Part shown: positions 1 through 11,033 of the stretch, piece after piece
Position numbering within the stretch: position 1 is the stretch's first letter
Layout of the letters: the number at the start of each line of letters is the position of its first letter
Origin: an uncultured Bacteroidota bacterium
Lineage (GTDB): Bacteria > Bacteroidota > Ignavibacteria > Kryptoniales > JAKASW01
Direction: 5' to 3'
Length of the DNA stretch: 64,000 nt
NCBI GenBank assembly: GCA_963703215.1
Contig: OY969800.1
Span: 3,522,581-3,586,580, forward strand
Made by a program: the position numbers and the translations under genes
The notes under the pieces: generated by a model
Databases searched by the model: none
Told to the model about the DNA's origin: nothing
The model's input: the letters and a program-made list of their open reading frames with translations, nothing else

Positions 1-480
1 CCCTGGTTGAATCGCATAACTTCGCTGCGCATTGAGCCAGACATAACCCAATCCGCCTCCCAAGAAGCAGCTAATCGGACCCGCGGGGACGCCGAACAAG
101 TAAGTCCCACCAACGTAACTCATTTGAATAAAGCTTGCGGACTGATTTTCTCCGAGCAATCCACTTGATTTCGATTTGAATACACTGCCTCCGAATTCAA
201 TCTGAACGGATTGTTGAGCAACCGGGGCGAACCTGATTCCTGCAAGGACGTTGTAATAGTCCTTGAAGTCCCTTCCTGAGGGAAGCAGATAATTTCTCTC
301 GATGGTTCGGAAAATCGCATCGACTTCCTCAAACCCCGGCGAGAAGTAGTCGCAACTCACAAAGAGTGAAACAGCAGGTACCGTTTTTCCGCCGGCTGAC
401 AGACTTTGTTTCTGCTGACCATAGCCGGGCTGGATCATGAACAGGATAAGAAGGAACAAATAGTTATACCGATTTTTCAT
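1..480 (-). CDS. Secreted/outer-membrane beta-barrel-like hypothetical protein (3' end runs off window)
   Basis: Not in ORF track. Manual translation from ATG at 480: MKNRYNYLFLLILFMIQPGYGQQKQ...CFLGGGLGYVWLNAQRSY, open to base 1. Signal peptide and AGGAGG RBS upstream. Confidence 0.6.
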   Translation of the reverse strand, partial: MKNRYNYLFLLILFMIQPGYGQQKQSLSAGGKTVPAVSLFVSCDYFSPGFEEVDAIFRTIERNYLLPSGRDFKDYYNVLAGIRFAPVAQQSVQIEFGGSVFKSKSSGLLGENQSASFIQMSYVGGTYLFGVPAGPISCFLGGGLGYVWLNAQRSYAIQPG

Positions 481-815
481 TGCCCTTACCTCCTTGGTTA
501 TTAAAGGTCGAAGGTGATTTTGTAGAAACCACGATATCTATATTCTATTCTTGCAACATTGATACTGGCCATCAGTCTTACGGTAGCACCCAGATCCTCT
601 TGCGGCGGTTCGATAGCCTGACAACAGTAAATGTACCTTCTGCTAAAAGTAAAAGCAATCTTTTGAACTGAAAATCTCAAAGGAAAGTGCGCTTCGTCAT
701 CTCGCGGAGCACCAATCACAAGAAACGACTCTTGGCAAACAAAAGAAATGATAAAATCGGGAAGATTTGGGGTGCTAGAAAATCTTTCCCCGCAGAATGA
801 TATATTTAGTAGTGC

Positions 816-2837
816 ATGAATTTTTGCGAACTCATTCGCGTTGGAATATCGTGGCCCAAATTTCTTTTGAAAAATCTTTGTGGACTTAGTATCATGCCCA
901 AAACCATTTTTAGACTTGGAAAATACGTGGAAGAACAATTATTCAACTCGCGCCCCCATTTTTCTATTCTCATTCTAGTCGCAATTATAATTTCCGTTCC
1001 ACTTTCTGCGTCGAGTAGAGTCGGCCGCGGAAGGTCAGCGCCTCTTGTCTTAATGAGTGTCTCTGCTCATCCAGATGACGAAGACGGTACGACACTGGCA
1101 TATTATACGCACGTCAAGAACATAAAGGCTTACAGCATTTTCTATACCCGCGGTGAAGGCGGACAAAACGTAATCGGTTCAGAGCTTTACGAAGAACTTG
1201 GGGAACTTCGAACCGAGGAGACTCTCGCTGCATCGAAACTCTTGGGAACACAAGTCTATTTCCTGAATTTTCCCGATTTCGGTTTTTCAAAGACTGCGAA
1301 AGAAACCTTTCGGATATGGGGCGGAAAGGATAATGTCCTTTCCAGAATCGTTTATATGATACGGGTGCTTAGACCCGATGTCATTATAACTAACCACGAT
1401 ACCATCACGACGCTTCCTTATCGGCAGCATGGCAACCACCAGGCTGTTGGCATAACTATTTACGAGGCATTCAAAAAGGCTGCTGATCCATCATATCATC
1501 CTGAGCAATTCAGACATGGACTGAGACCGTGTCAGGTAAAGAAGTTGTACTTCAGGATACACCAGCAGTCAGAGCTCACCAAGGATTCTCTCGTCACGAT
1601 TCCGGTCGATGCGAAATACGAATCGGAAACGATCCAGCAAATCTCCTGGGATGCACTTAAGAAGCACCGCACACAAGGCTTGGACAAGCTGGATTTCCCC
1701 GATCTGCCAGCTATGTTTAAGCAACCGGTTTATCGACTCGTCCGCAGTGATAAAGAATATCCATATGACCCTCATGATTTGTTTTCAGGAATTCAACCTT
1801 CGGACCGGCAAATCGGGTTGATTCCGGAAGTCTATTCAGCAAACCTAAAACCTCTCTCGATGTATGTTTCGCCAAAATATTCCTTGCTAAAACAACCTGC
1901 CGACGGATCCCGGCAGAAGATCGATTATGTGATCGACACATTCAACCGTACAAAAAACCGACTTCCAATCACCCTGTACGTTTATTTTGGCAGACACAAT
2001 ATTTTGATCAAGCGTTTCATCCTGCCGGATTCTGAGAGGTACCATTTGAATATTTCACTGGAGCTTCCTCGGAATAATTATGAGCGGGATTCATTGACCA
2101 TTGCAGCGCTGCCTCACCCGAAGCACGGCATTGCCGGTTTAAGATTTCAACGAGCCATGGTCTTTCTTAAGCGCGTTCCAGTTTCATTTGCACCAATCGA
2201 TTATATAGGTCTCGTGAACACCTACGACAATACCATTCAACAAACTTTCGATGCCTTCGGCTTAATATATCAAGTCCTGGACTCGGCTGATCTTGCATCG
2301 GAGGATTTGAGCAAGTTCACGACGATCGTCCTCGACATCAGAGGATATCTTTACCGGCACGACTTGGTAAGATACAACAACAGGATTCTCGAGTACGTCG
2401 AAAATGGCGGGAACGTCGTTTGCTTTTACAATAGACCTCCTGAGTGGGATGGACACAATTTTGCACCCTACCCGATTGATGTCACCCAGAAACGAGTCAC
2501 TGAAGAAGATCAACCCGTCACTATTCTCGATCCCGCAAATTCATTATTTCATTATCCGAACCAAATAACCACTTCAGACTGGAACGGGTGGATGGAGGAG
2601 AGAAGCATTTACCTGCCGGACGGCGATACCTCAAAGACTTCGGCAAAGTATGAGCGGCTTCTCGCCATGAGCGATGAAGATGAAACACAACCTTCGACAT
2701 CGCTGCTCTGGACAAAATATGGGAAAGGGACCTATAGTTATTGTTCGCTTGCTCTATACCGTCAGGTAAAAGTTTTGAATGAAGGTGGAGTAAAACTTCT
2801 GTTCAATTTGATTTCGCAGCCGAGAAGCGACAGATAG
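816..2837 (+). CDS. PIG-L/LmbE family deacetylase with C-terminal GATase-like domain (true start probably downstream of 816)
   Basis: SAHPDDE, TRGEGGQN, DFGFSK and HGNHQ motifs; hydrophobic signal-like segment. Confidence 0.85.
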   Translation: MNFCELIRVGISWPKFLLKNLCGLSIMPKTIFRLGKYVEEQLFNSRPHFSILILVAIIISVPLSASSRVGRGRSAPLVLMSVSAHPDDEDGTTLAYYTHVKNIKAYSIFYTRGEGGQNVIGSELYEELGELRTEETLAASKLLGTQVYFLNFPDFGFSKTAKETFRIWGGKDNVLSRIVYMIRVLRPDVIITNHDTITTLPYRQHGNHQAVGITIYEAFKKAADPSYHPEQFRHGLRPCQVKKLYFRIHQQSELTKDSLVTIPVDAKYESETIQQISWDALKKHRTQGLDKLDFPDLPAMFKQPVYRLVRSDKEYPYDPHDLFSGIQPSDRQIGLIPEVYSANLKPLSMYVSPKYSLLKQPADGSRQKIDYVIDTFNRTKNRLPITLYVYFGRHNILIKRFILPDSERYHLNISLELPRNNYERDSLTIAALPHPKHGIAGLRFQRAMVFLKRVPVSFAPIDYIGLVNTYDNTIQQTFDAFGLIYQVLDSADLASEDLSKFTTIVLDIRGYLYRHDLVRYNNRILEYVENGGNVVCFYNRPPEWDGHNFAPYPIDVTQKRVTEEDQPVTILDPANSLFHYPNQITTSDWNGWMEERSIYLPDGDTSKTSAKYERLLAMSDEDETQPSTSLLWTKYGKGTYSYCSLALYRQVKVLNEGGVKLLFNLISQPRSDR

Positions 2838-2947
2838 ATTTTTCTGTGTTGCAAAGAGAGCATCCCTTTTTTAGATTAAAAGGCAAGAAAGGTCCTTCTG
2901 TTTAGTCAGGGACAAATGTCAATTTCCTATTAGATTCGGAGGTAAGA

Positions 2948-3331
2948 TTGCCACAAGGGAACGGAAGAATTATTTTAGTTGTGGATGACAGCGAGGCCAT
3001 AAGAAACATAACCAAATCGGTGCTTGAAGCAAACGGCTACAAAGTCCTTTTGGCAGCTGATGGGAAGGACGCTATTCGAGTCTTCACGGAACATTCGAAT
3101 GAGATTGCACTCGTTTTGACTGATATGGTGATGCCTGAGATGGATGGAGTTTCTGCTGTCAGCGCCATTCGGGAAATTAGATCTGATATAAAAGCGATTG
3201 CGATTACCGCTTACGTCGATAGCGCACAGTACGTTGATTTGCTAGGCGAGGTGGATGCAATAATAAGAAAACCTTATGAGATAGAAATGCTCTTGAGTAC
3301 GATCGACCGAATGTTAACAGAATCACCTTGA
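2948..3331 (+). CDS. Single-domain response regulator (receiver)
   Basis: VVDD, LTDMVMPEMDG, TA and KP motifs. Confidence 0.9.
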   Translation: MPQGNGRIILVVDDSEAIRNITKSVLEANGYKVLLAADGKDAIRVFTEHSNEIALVLTDMVMPEMDGVSAVSAIREIRSDIKAIAITAYVDSAQYVDLLGEVDAIIRKPYEIEMLLSTIDRMLTESP

Positions 3332-3545
3332 TCGAGAGAAACCACTCGGAATCAATCCCGTTGAACCATCCTGAAGGGATCAGCTGTCCGCGCCCATCAT
3401 TTTCCACCTCACACTCCAAGAAATTTCGTCTTTCATTCTTGATAAATGCACCATGACGATCTTAACAAAAGGTAAGATGGACGCGCAGTAAGTATCTTCT
3501 TATCACATCTACGTTGATAGAAGCAAAATAAAAGTTTTCAAGAAA

Positions 3546-4985
3546 TTGACTCAAGCCGGATCTTCCTACGACTCGCCTCGACTCATCAGAGGGTTGACTC
3601 TTTCTGGTGCTGTATCCCTCAACATGGTTGACATGATTGGCGTCGGGCCATTCATTACAATTCCTCTGATCGTTTCAGTAATGGGTGGACCACAAGCGAT
3701 GTTGGGTTGGATTCTCGGGGCTGTACTCGCCGCTTGCGATGGAATGGTTTGGGCGGAACTTGGTGCCGCACTTCCTGGCTCAGGTGGGACTTACAAATAT
3801 CTGGGCGAGGCTTACGGACGAAACAAGTTTGGCAAGCTCATGTCCTTCCTTTTCATCTGGCAACTGATTTTCAGCGCTCCACTTTCAATCGCTTCGGGCT
3901 GCATCGGTTTGGCTGAGTATTCCACATATTATTTCAAGCGACTAAGCGATCCATTGTTTTCGTTAGACCTTCCCTTCCCGGAGATTTATCATGCCACCGT
4001 CACAGCAAGCGGGTTCACGTTCGTCGCAATCCTCGTTTGCCTCTTCGCAGTTTTTCTGCTTTACCGAAAAATCACAATCGTAAATAAACTGCTGCGTTTT
4101 CTATGGATCGTGGTGATGGCGACAATCGTGTGGATAATATTTTCAGGTGTTACACACTTCAACAGCACATTGGCGTTCGATTTTCCTAAAGGTGCGTTCA
4201 CTCCATCTCACAATTTTTTCCTCGGGCTTGGTTCGGCAATGCTCATCTCAGTCTACGATTACTGGGGATATTATAACATATGTTTCGTGGGCGATGAGGT
4301 GAAAGAGCCACACAGAACAATACCGCGCGCCATAATAATATCAATAGTGCTCGTGTCGATTATCTACATGGTTATGAACGTCAGCATCTTGGGGGTGATT
4401 CCATGGCGTGAACTGGTGAAAGATAGCGGAGAGGGACGCTATCTGATTTCCGCAATGATGGAACGGCTTTACGGAAGTTGGGCGGGAAAACTCGCGACCT
4501 TTTTGATTATGTGGACGGCGTTTGCTTCAGTCTTCTCGTTGCTTTTGGGCTACTCACGAATTCCATACGCAGCGTCATTGGATGGGAATTTCTTAAAAGT
4601 ATTCAGTCGCGTTCATGAAAAAAATCAGTTCCCTAATGTTTCACTTCTGACGCTTGGATTCATCGGAGCATTGTTCTGTTTTCTCAGCCTTGCCCAAGTC
4701 ATTGCAGCTCTAGTCGTGATAAGAATCATCATACAATTCCTGTCGCAGACAGTTGGACTTTTAGTGTGGCGCTGGAAACATCCGGATGCTCCACGCCCGT
4801 TCAAGATGTGGCTGTATCCGATTCCTGCGGTGATTTCGATTGCCGGCTTTCTGTTTGTTTTATTCTCGCGCAAGAATTTCTCAGTCGAGATCAAATACGC
4901 GGCGGTTATACTGATCGCTGGGCTGATCATCTATTTTATCAAGGCATATTCAAAGAAAGAATGGCCGTTTGCTAATTCAATTTAG
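3546..4985 (+). CDS. APC family amino acid permease
   Basis: MIGVGPF, AELGAALPGSGGTY, EVKEPHRTIPRA, PRPFK; about 12 hydrophobic segments. Confidence 0.9.
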   Translation: MTQAGSSYDSPRLIRGLTLSGAVSLNMVDMIGVGPFITIPLIVSVMGGPQAMLGWILGAVLAACDGMVWAELGAALPGSGGTYKYLGEAYGRNKFGKLMSFLFIWQLIFSAPLSIASGCIGLAEYSTYYFKRLSDPLFSLDLPFPEIYHATVTASGFTFVAILVCLFAVFLLYRKITIVNKLLRFLWIVVMATIVWIIFSGVTHFNSTLAFDFPKGAFTPSHNFFLGLGSAMLISVYDYWGYYNICFVGDEVKEPHRTIPRAIIISIVLVSIIYMVMNVSILGVIPWRELVKDSGEGRYLISAMMERLYGSWAGKLATFLIMWTAFASVFSLLLGYSRIPYAASLDGNFLKVFSRVHEKNQFPNVSLLTLGFIGALFCFLSLAQVIAALVVIRIIIQFLSQTVGLLVWRWKHPDAPRPFKMWLYPIPAVISIAGFLFVLFSRKNFSVEIKYAAVILIAGLIIYFIKAYSKKEWPFANSI

Positions 4986-5277
4986 CTGGAGGTTGAGCCG
5001 AATGACTTCAGGGAAAAGTGTTCCGCTTAACCGGGTGGTGGCTCAGTTTAAATTTTCGTTGTCGCCCCAAAGTTGTTTCTGGAACTAAGCACGACAAAAC
5101 CAGATAGTAAACCAAACCTGCACTGGAACGTTGCAGCCAAGGGTTCAGGGTGACCAATTTGTCAAATTCAAGCTCTACCCATTTTCGGGATTTTCCCCTT
5201 TTGTTCGTAAATTGGATGGAAATCCACGAAACGTTTCACAAACTTAACGCTGTTTACTATCACTTAGAAATTACAAG

Positions 5278-6720
5278 ATGGAAAAAATAGAACCACAAAA
5301 TGTAAAAGGCTTCCGTGACCTATTGCCGCGGTACGCCTCTAAGAAAAACGAAATCATTTCGATAATAAGAAGAGTTTATGAAAGCTTCGGATTTCTGCCG
5401 GTCGAAACGCCAGGGCTCGAATATTCAAATGTTCTTCTCGGTCAATATGGCGAAGAAAATACGAAACAGATTTTTGATGTCGTGGATCCAGATCGTTCCG
5501 TGTTGAGTAAAAGCTCTACGGGTAAAAACTATGAGAAGATCGCATTAGATATCGCTCTCCGTTTTGATCTCACTGTTCCTCTTGCGCGCATCGTGGCACA
5601 GTACAACAACCTGCCGAGGCCATTCAGGCGTTATCAGGTCGGATCAGTCTGGCGGGCAGACAAGCCGGACCCCGGACGGTTCCGTGAGTTCACACAATTC
5701 GATGTCGATGTAGTCGGAACTTCGAGTCAGCTTGCGGAGGCGGAAGTCATAGCAGCGGTTGTGAAAGCTCTTCAGGAAATTGGAGTAGGCGAATTTGTTG
5801 TAAACGTAAATAGTCGAAGAGTTTTGAACGCCGTGGTACAGTACAGCGGCATCTCGCCTGAAAGAGCCAAAGATGTCTTCCGCGTCTTGGATAAGTTGAA
5901 TAAGATCGGAATGCAGAACATCGAGCTTGAACTGACGAAAGGGAGATTCGATTCTTCTGGTGATTTCATCCGGGGTCTCGGTTTGACGGAGTCCAATGTA
6001 GAAAAGATAAAAGACTATCTTGCACTTCCGAATGGCGAGCGGAAAAAGGTTCTGTCTGAAATTTCTTCGCTCCTCGGTCCGGAAAGTTGCTCCGACCTAA
6101 AAAGTCTCCATGAGTTCCTGGATGCAATCAATCTTGGAAGCGACATCGTCGCGTTCGACCCCACGATAGCCCGAGGGCTCGACTATTATACCGGACCGGT
6201 CTTCGAGGTGAACCTGAAAGACAAGCCGCAATTCGGAAGCGTAGCCGGAGGAGGAAGATACGACAACCTCGTGAAGCGTTTTACGGATGCCGATTTACCT
6301 GCGGTAGGATTTTCAATCGGCGTCGATCGGCTCCTTGCGGCATTAGGTGACGAGTCCGAGACAGACTTTGTAGATGTCGTCGTTACCATCATGGAGCAAG
6401 ATAAGCTTCCAGAATACTTGAAGATCGCAAGCGAGCTCCGCGCTGCTGGACTGAGGACGGATTTATATTTAGGGACGGAAAAGGGATTGCGGAAACAGCT
6501 TCAATATGCCGACAAGGTCGGGGCGAAGTTTGCGGTCATCATCGGTTCGAACGAATTTGAAAAAGGAACAGTGACGATAAAAGATCTTACCGCCGGCGCA
6601 GAAGCAAGCAAAGACTCGGCAGAGCGTGAAGAGTGGCTAAAGAAAAGCAGAGAAGTTCAGAGAGAAATCCCGCGTAAAGATTTCATCAAGGAGTTAAAGA
6701 AGCTTCTCGAGCCCGGGTAA
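5278..6720 (+). CDS. hisS: Histidine--tRNA ligase
   Basis: KGFRD, LRFDLTVPLAR, GRFREFTQFD, RGLDYYTG, GGGRYD; anticodon-binding domain. Confidence 0.96.
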   Translation: MEKIEPQNVKGFRDLLPRYASKKNEIISIIRRVYESFGFLPVETPGLEYSNVLLGQYGEENTKQIFDVVDPDRSVLSKSSTGKNYEKIALDIALRFDLTVPLARIVAQYNNLPRPFRRYQVGSVWRADKPDPGRFREFTQFDVDVVGTSSQLAEAEVIAAVVKALQEIGVGEFVVNVNSRRVLNAVVQYSGISPERAKDVFRVLDKLNKIGMQNIELELTKGRFDSSGDFIRGLGLTESNVEKIKDYLALPNGERKKVLSEISSLLGPESCSDLKSLHEFLDAINLGSDIVAFDPTIARGLDYYTGPVFEVNLKDKPQFGSVAGGGRYDNLVKRFTDADLPAVGFSIGVDRLLAALGDESETDFVDVVVTIMEQDKLPEYLKIASELRAAGLRTDLYLGTEKGLRKQLQYADKVGAKFAVIIGSNEFEKGTVTIKDLTAGAEASKDSAEREEWLKKSREVQREIPRKDFIKELKKLLEPG

Positions 6721-7017
6721 GCAAATTATTCTCTGTGCTCTTTGGCATTCTGTTCCGTACTAAGTGAAGCAAGTATGAAACGGAAAAAAACCGGTAAACC
6801 TCTTGTCAAAGAATCCATTCCTCTCGCCGTCTAAAATTGTTCCTGAGTACTTGAATGATCTTCAACTGTTCAGTGGACGGAGTCATAAGCCCGATGATCT
6901 GACGATAATGGCACTCAAGAAAAAAATGAGACGATTATCCGAACTGATTTCGGAGACGAACGCTCCAAGCGGTTGAACGGGTAACTCTTCAGCGAATCCA
7001 GCGATTTTTTCCCCAGC

Positions 7018-7062
7018 CCCGAGAAGGCGGAACTTGCAGACGTACGGGACTCAAAATCCCGT
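7018..7062 (+). pseudogene. 5'-half fragment of tRNA-Leu(CAA); probable att remnant
   Basis: CCGAGAAGGCGGAACTTGCAGACGTACGGGACTCAAAATCCCG aligns to the 5' half of the tRNA at 8701; no variable arm, T-arm or 3' acceptor strand. Confidence 0.7.
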
Positions 7063-7301
7063 AACCTTGATCTTCAAAGTGCAAAGTGCTCAATTCTATT
7101 TCTATTTGGGCACTTTTTTTTTGCGCCTCAAGTATTTCCCATCTTCTGCGAGGACTGGCTATATTTTAGTTAGACAGTATACAGTAGCCTAAACTGGTAC
7201 GGGCAGTCGTTATGAAATGGTTAGGTGATAAGTTTGACTCATGCATAACACGAAAATAATCGATAATTTGTCCCTGGTGCATATTTCGAGAGCGATAAGC
7301 T

Positions 7302-7532
7302 ATGAAACGTTTTGAGTTTTATCTCAACATTTCGCCGGAGGATTTTCTAGATTACTATCGCGGCACCGCTCGCCAAGTCATTGCACACTGTCCCGGTGGG
7401 CTCAATGTGAAGTTCCCAGCTTCGCTGCTGAAACAGTTCGTAACCTCCGCTGGGATACAGGGTGATTTTGTTCTTACTTGTGATGATAACTTCAAGAATC
7501 CAGATTTACGAAGATTGCCCACCGAAAGTTGA
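7302..7532 (+). CDS. DUF2835-like small protein
   Basis: F.L.IS...FL.YY.G.A..V......G..V.FPA..L..FVT..GI.G.F pattern. Confidence 0.65.
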   Translation: MKRFEFYLNISPEDFLDYYRGTARQVIAHCPGGLNVKFPASLLKQFVTSAGIQGDFVLTCDDNFKNPDLRRLPTES

Positions 7533-7684
7533 TACATCGAGGATTATGGCACAATACAATCCCCTTTCCATTGTCCATGGCCTCGCAGACTGGGATTAAT
7601 TCTTACGTACCACTTCGAATTACTATTTGGTGGTACAGACCATTACCCGCTGTCGTTATGATTTGGTGATTCGACCATTGTGAC

Positions 7685-8239
7685 CTAGTGTGGTGAAGCC
7701 CTTTCAAGGTACTTCTGAATAACTTCGGACTGATCGTCGGTCATATTACGGGCAGTTCTTCTTAAAAGTGCCACGAAGGTCGAATCTTCTTCCTTTGAGC
7801 CTGGATATCCGATGTTTTGGCTGTCAGGCATGGCATTAGAGTTTCCAATGGTTTTTCCATTCTCATCTATGAATACGTAATATGGCAATCCTGATTTCTC
7901 TCCGTCTAGATCTTTCAATGTTTCGAACGCACCCGGGTTTTCAATCGTTTGTTTCTTTTCTCCTTGTTCCAACACGTCAACCCTTGTGACTACATAGCTC
8001 TCTTCGATCATCTTGCTGATATCTGGTTGTTCCAACAATGTGTCTAATTTCTTGCACCACTTACACCAGGACGCGTGGAAAATCAAGAACACATTCTTAT
8101 GAGAAGTCCGTGCCTGTTGAAGAGCCTGACTTAGAATGGAACTTGCGCTGTCTGGCTTCGAGCCCTGACAAATTCCCGACGCCGTAGATAGCACGACCGA
8201 TAATAATAAACAAATGTAGATAGCCCGTTTCTTGTTCAT
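7685..8239 (-). CDS. Exported thioredoxin-family protein
   Basis: Signal peptide, FHASWCKWC, cis-Pro GLPYY motif. Confidence 0.85.
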   Translation of the reverse strand: MNKKRAIYICLLLSVVLSTASGICQGSKPDSASSILSQALQQARTSHKNVFLIFHASWCKWCKKLDTLLEQPDISKMIEESYVVTRVDVLEQGEKKQTIENPGAFETLKDLDGEKSGLPYYVFIDENGKTIGNSNAMPDSQNIGYPGSKEEDSTFVALLRRTARNMTDDQSEVIQKYLERASPH

Positions 8240-8446
8240 AGCTCACCTATAGCTCACAATATAATTTCATTGATTTCATCGCATGGGTCCCTCTTATTGA
8301 CCTGCCAATTTATTTCATGCAGTGGTAAGTTACTAATCCCGTCTAGTATTGACAACCTCTTTTCCGGTTTGAAGGAAGGTCATGTAACTCATAATTTCAT
8401 AATGACATGTGAAAATGCCGGGGTCAGTGGATTCAAGCTTTAATGT

Positions 8447-8659
8447 TTGCGACACGCCTTTGGTACAAGACTAATCACTGCGGGCGCAGACATATCAATT
8501 GTCAGCAGAATTCTGGGACATTCAGACATCAAGAGCACCATGGTGTATGCAAAGGTCCGACTTGAAGCGATGAAAAACGCCGTGAAACTACTTGAGAATT
8601 TCAAAGTGGAGGTTAGATTTCGGTTAGACGACTGGGAGAAAAACAAAGAAACCGAATAG
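8447..8659 (+). pseudogene. Tyrosine recombinase/integrase C-terminal remnant
   Basis: RHAFGTRL...GADI...ILGHSDIKSTMVY (box II and catalytic Tyr); N-terminal part absent. Confidence 0.8.
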
Positions 8660-8700
8660 ATCTTTCTTAAAATCCGCTAAAATGTTATATTTTCACCGAA

Positions 8701-8787
8701 GCCGAGATGGCGGAACTGGTAGACGCACTGGACTCAAAATCCAGCGAGGCTTAACCCCTCGTGCGGGTTCGATTCCCGCTCTCGGCA
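8701..8787 (+). tRNA. tRNA-Leu(CAA)
   Basis: GCCGAGA/TCTCGGC acceptor stem, CTGGA-CTCAAAA-TCCAG anticodon arm, long variable arm, GGTTCGATTCC T-arm. Confidence 0.97.
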
Positions 8788-9118
8788 CTGATAATCAATG
8801 CGGGGTTCTCACAATTAAAAATAGGCTCATAAGATTCACCTGATGATGGCTCTGCGCTGAAGGCACATCAGCCTGCGACCGAGGTACCCGCGCTCGTCAC
8901 TGAATAATCCTCGGATGCCTGTACCACGATGACGTTTCTTCTTACTCCACTTTGATGATGATTGCATGAGAAATTCCCCTTCACGAGAATCTTGAGCTAT
9001 TCTCTCCCTATGGCGCTCCGGAAAAGAGTTTTACCGCAATTATGTTGGAGACAACCAGCCTCGTAAAGCTCTTAGGCGATCGACGGAAGTCATCTGTCCG
9101 TTGCAATTGACGCGGTCC

Positions 9119-9541
9119 TCATTTCCTGCCGTGCTCTGCCTCGACGGTGATTGAGATCCCGCCGCGCGCCGCGAATTCCGCAGTCACTTTGCACCACCGC
9201 GGCTCCAGTGCCTCCACGAGGTCGTCGAGAATTACATTTACGAGATGCTCCTGGAAAACACCTTCGTTGCGATATGACCAAAGATAAAGTTTCAGAGATT
9301 TCGACTCTACGATTTTTTTATTCGGAATATATTGGATAGTTATCTTTCCGAAGTCAGGCTGCCCGGTCGCCGGACAGACACATGTAAATTCTTCGGTATG
9401 TAGAGTAACCAGATAATCGCGGTTCGGATGGTGGTTTGGAAAAGCTTCGAGTTTCTTCTGCGGCTTGGTTCCCTTTCCGAGAAGGGACAAGCCGGAGAGA
9501 TCCTCGCTGCTTGTTGCACGAGTTGTAGTTTTACTTTTCAT
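9119..9541 (-). CDS. queF: PreQ0 (7-cyano-7-deazaguanine) reductase, unimodular type
   Basis: EFTCVCPATGQPDF, VESKSLKLY, ARGGI; start set at MKSKTT. Confidence 0.93.
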   Translation of the reverse strand: MKSKTTTRATSSEDLSGLSLLGKGTKPQKKLEAFPNHHPNRDYLVTLHTEEFTCVCPATGQPDFGKITIQYIPNKKIVESKSLKLYLWSYRNEGVFQEHLVNVILDDLVEALEPRWCKVTAEFAARGGISITVEAEHGRK

Positions 9542-9691
9542 GGTACAATTCAAGGTTTTCTTAGGATGAACTGAAGTATCAACTGATAACTTAGTGGTAT
9601 CGAGGGAAGCAATCAACAAGAAAAAGAAACCTTATCAAGGTCAAGAGCTTACGAACCCTGACAAAGTCTCCGAGATTGACACTTGTAACTG

Positions 9692-10847
9692 TTATCTCGG
9701 CCTGTCTTTCTTCTGATCCTGATTGTTCTTCTCCGGCGGCGTCTGTTGTGAAGTTGGTGAAGAATCCGTCCTCTTACGTTCCGGCTGCGATGGAGATTGC
9801 GGAGTCACTGGTTGGTAAAATGCCGGAGGAGTTGGATTATGTTCAGGCGGCGGATCAGTTCGCGGCCGTCCCACGTCGACAGGTTGCGTTGGAGTGGTCG
9901 GATGTGTTGGAGTCGGGATTGGACGTGGGCGTCCCACCGGCGGGGCCGGAGCCGGCGTTGGCATAATTGTACCACCATAAGGTGGGGGAGGATCGGGTCT
10001 GTGGGGAGGATGCGGTGAGGGCGGAGGCGGGAGCGGCCATGGCCCTGTCGGAGGAACAGACGGCGGCTCCGGAGCAGGCTCCAATATGACCGTTTCATTC
10101 GAGACCCTTATCCATGTCCCATCGGGTTCGACAATGCATGTATAGTTGACCTCGCCCGAAGGAGTTTCGTCTGTCACAAATGCCTCCTGGAGATCAGGTA
10201 TGAACTGAAACGAGTACCAATGCCCGATTAATGACCAGTCTGCCTGTTTGTCATAATAGTAAACGTCCGCTCCGAACGGGACGTGATTTCCAAAGAACTG
10301 CTGCGCAGCTTGTGCCTTTATCACCGACCAGTCGCCGAGGAATTCGCCTAACAATTCATTACGCCTATCATCCAGCATGATATACATCGGGCCATTAGGA
10401 TCATTTGATTGCGGATGGAAATTCATAAGAACGTATCCATTATCCGGAGACCATGATGGAGAAGAGACTGTAGCTTCTACATTGTCCTGAATCACCGCGT
10501 ACTCGTAAGGATAACCGGAGTTTTGAAAGTCATTGTTCAGCAGGGAGACAAAAAGCGAAGCGGTTGCATCGCTGATCGGAGAGTCCAGTATAGGCTCCTC
10601 AAGGATCTGAGTTTCGAGCCTCCAATTGTTGAAAAAGTTTACGAGAAGACTGTCCGATTTTGTGTTGTACGCATTCCAGAGAAGATTGAGTTGTGAATCG
10701 GAAAACCCTTCCGGCTCCCCACCGGGTGAACTCATGACCCGTGACCTGACCTGCTGAGGATTGTCCAGATGCATCTGAACTTCCTAACGAAAGTTGAATT
10801 CCAATAATAAGGGAAAATGAAAGCAACACTGACAAAGTAGGTTTCAT
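9692..10847 (-). CDS. Secreted protein with Pro-rich C-terminus (probable frameshift within the 10599-10790 overlap)
   Basis: Signal peptide MKPTLSVLLSFSLIIG with GGAGG RBS is in a different frame from the 360-aa Pro-rich ORF. Confidence 0.5.
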
Positions 10848-11033
10848 CTTCTTTACCTCCTTTTATGTTTGACTCGCTGTGTGACATCTAATTCGTTAGA
10901 CGCCACCATACCAAGAAGGTTCATTCAACATAGCACTTGCAAAAACACGGAACACCGAATCTGCGATTATGAACATAGAATGAAAACATACCTGCTCCGT
11001 TTCGGACGTGTACCATCCTAATCATTTCATCAA

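Larger units (their letters stand above)
7018..8700. mobile_element. Decayed integrative element at tRNA-Leu
   Basis: Bounded by the tRNA 5' fragment and the intact tRNA; contains a tyrosine recombinase remnant next to the tRNA. Confidence 0.5.

Noticed and set aside
4986-5277. T-box or attenuator upstream of hisS
   Set aside because: No T-box consensus or His-rich leader peptide recognised
8447-8659. Tyrosine recombinase fragment as the array's integrase
   Set aside because: Only the last ~70 aa remain, it is 32 kb away on the distal side of the array and tied to the tRNA scar
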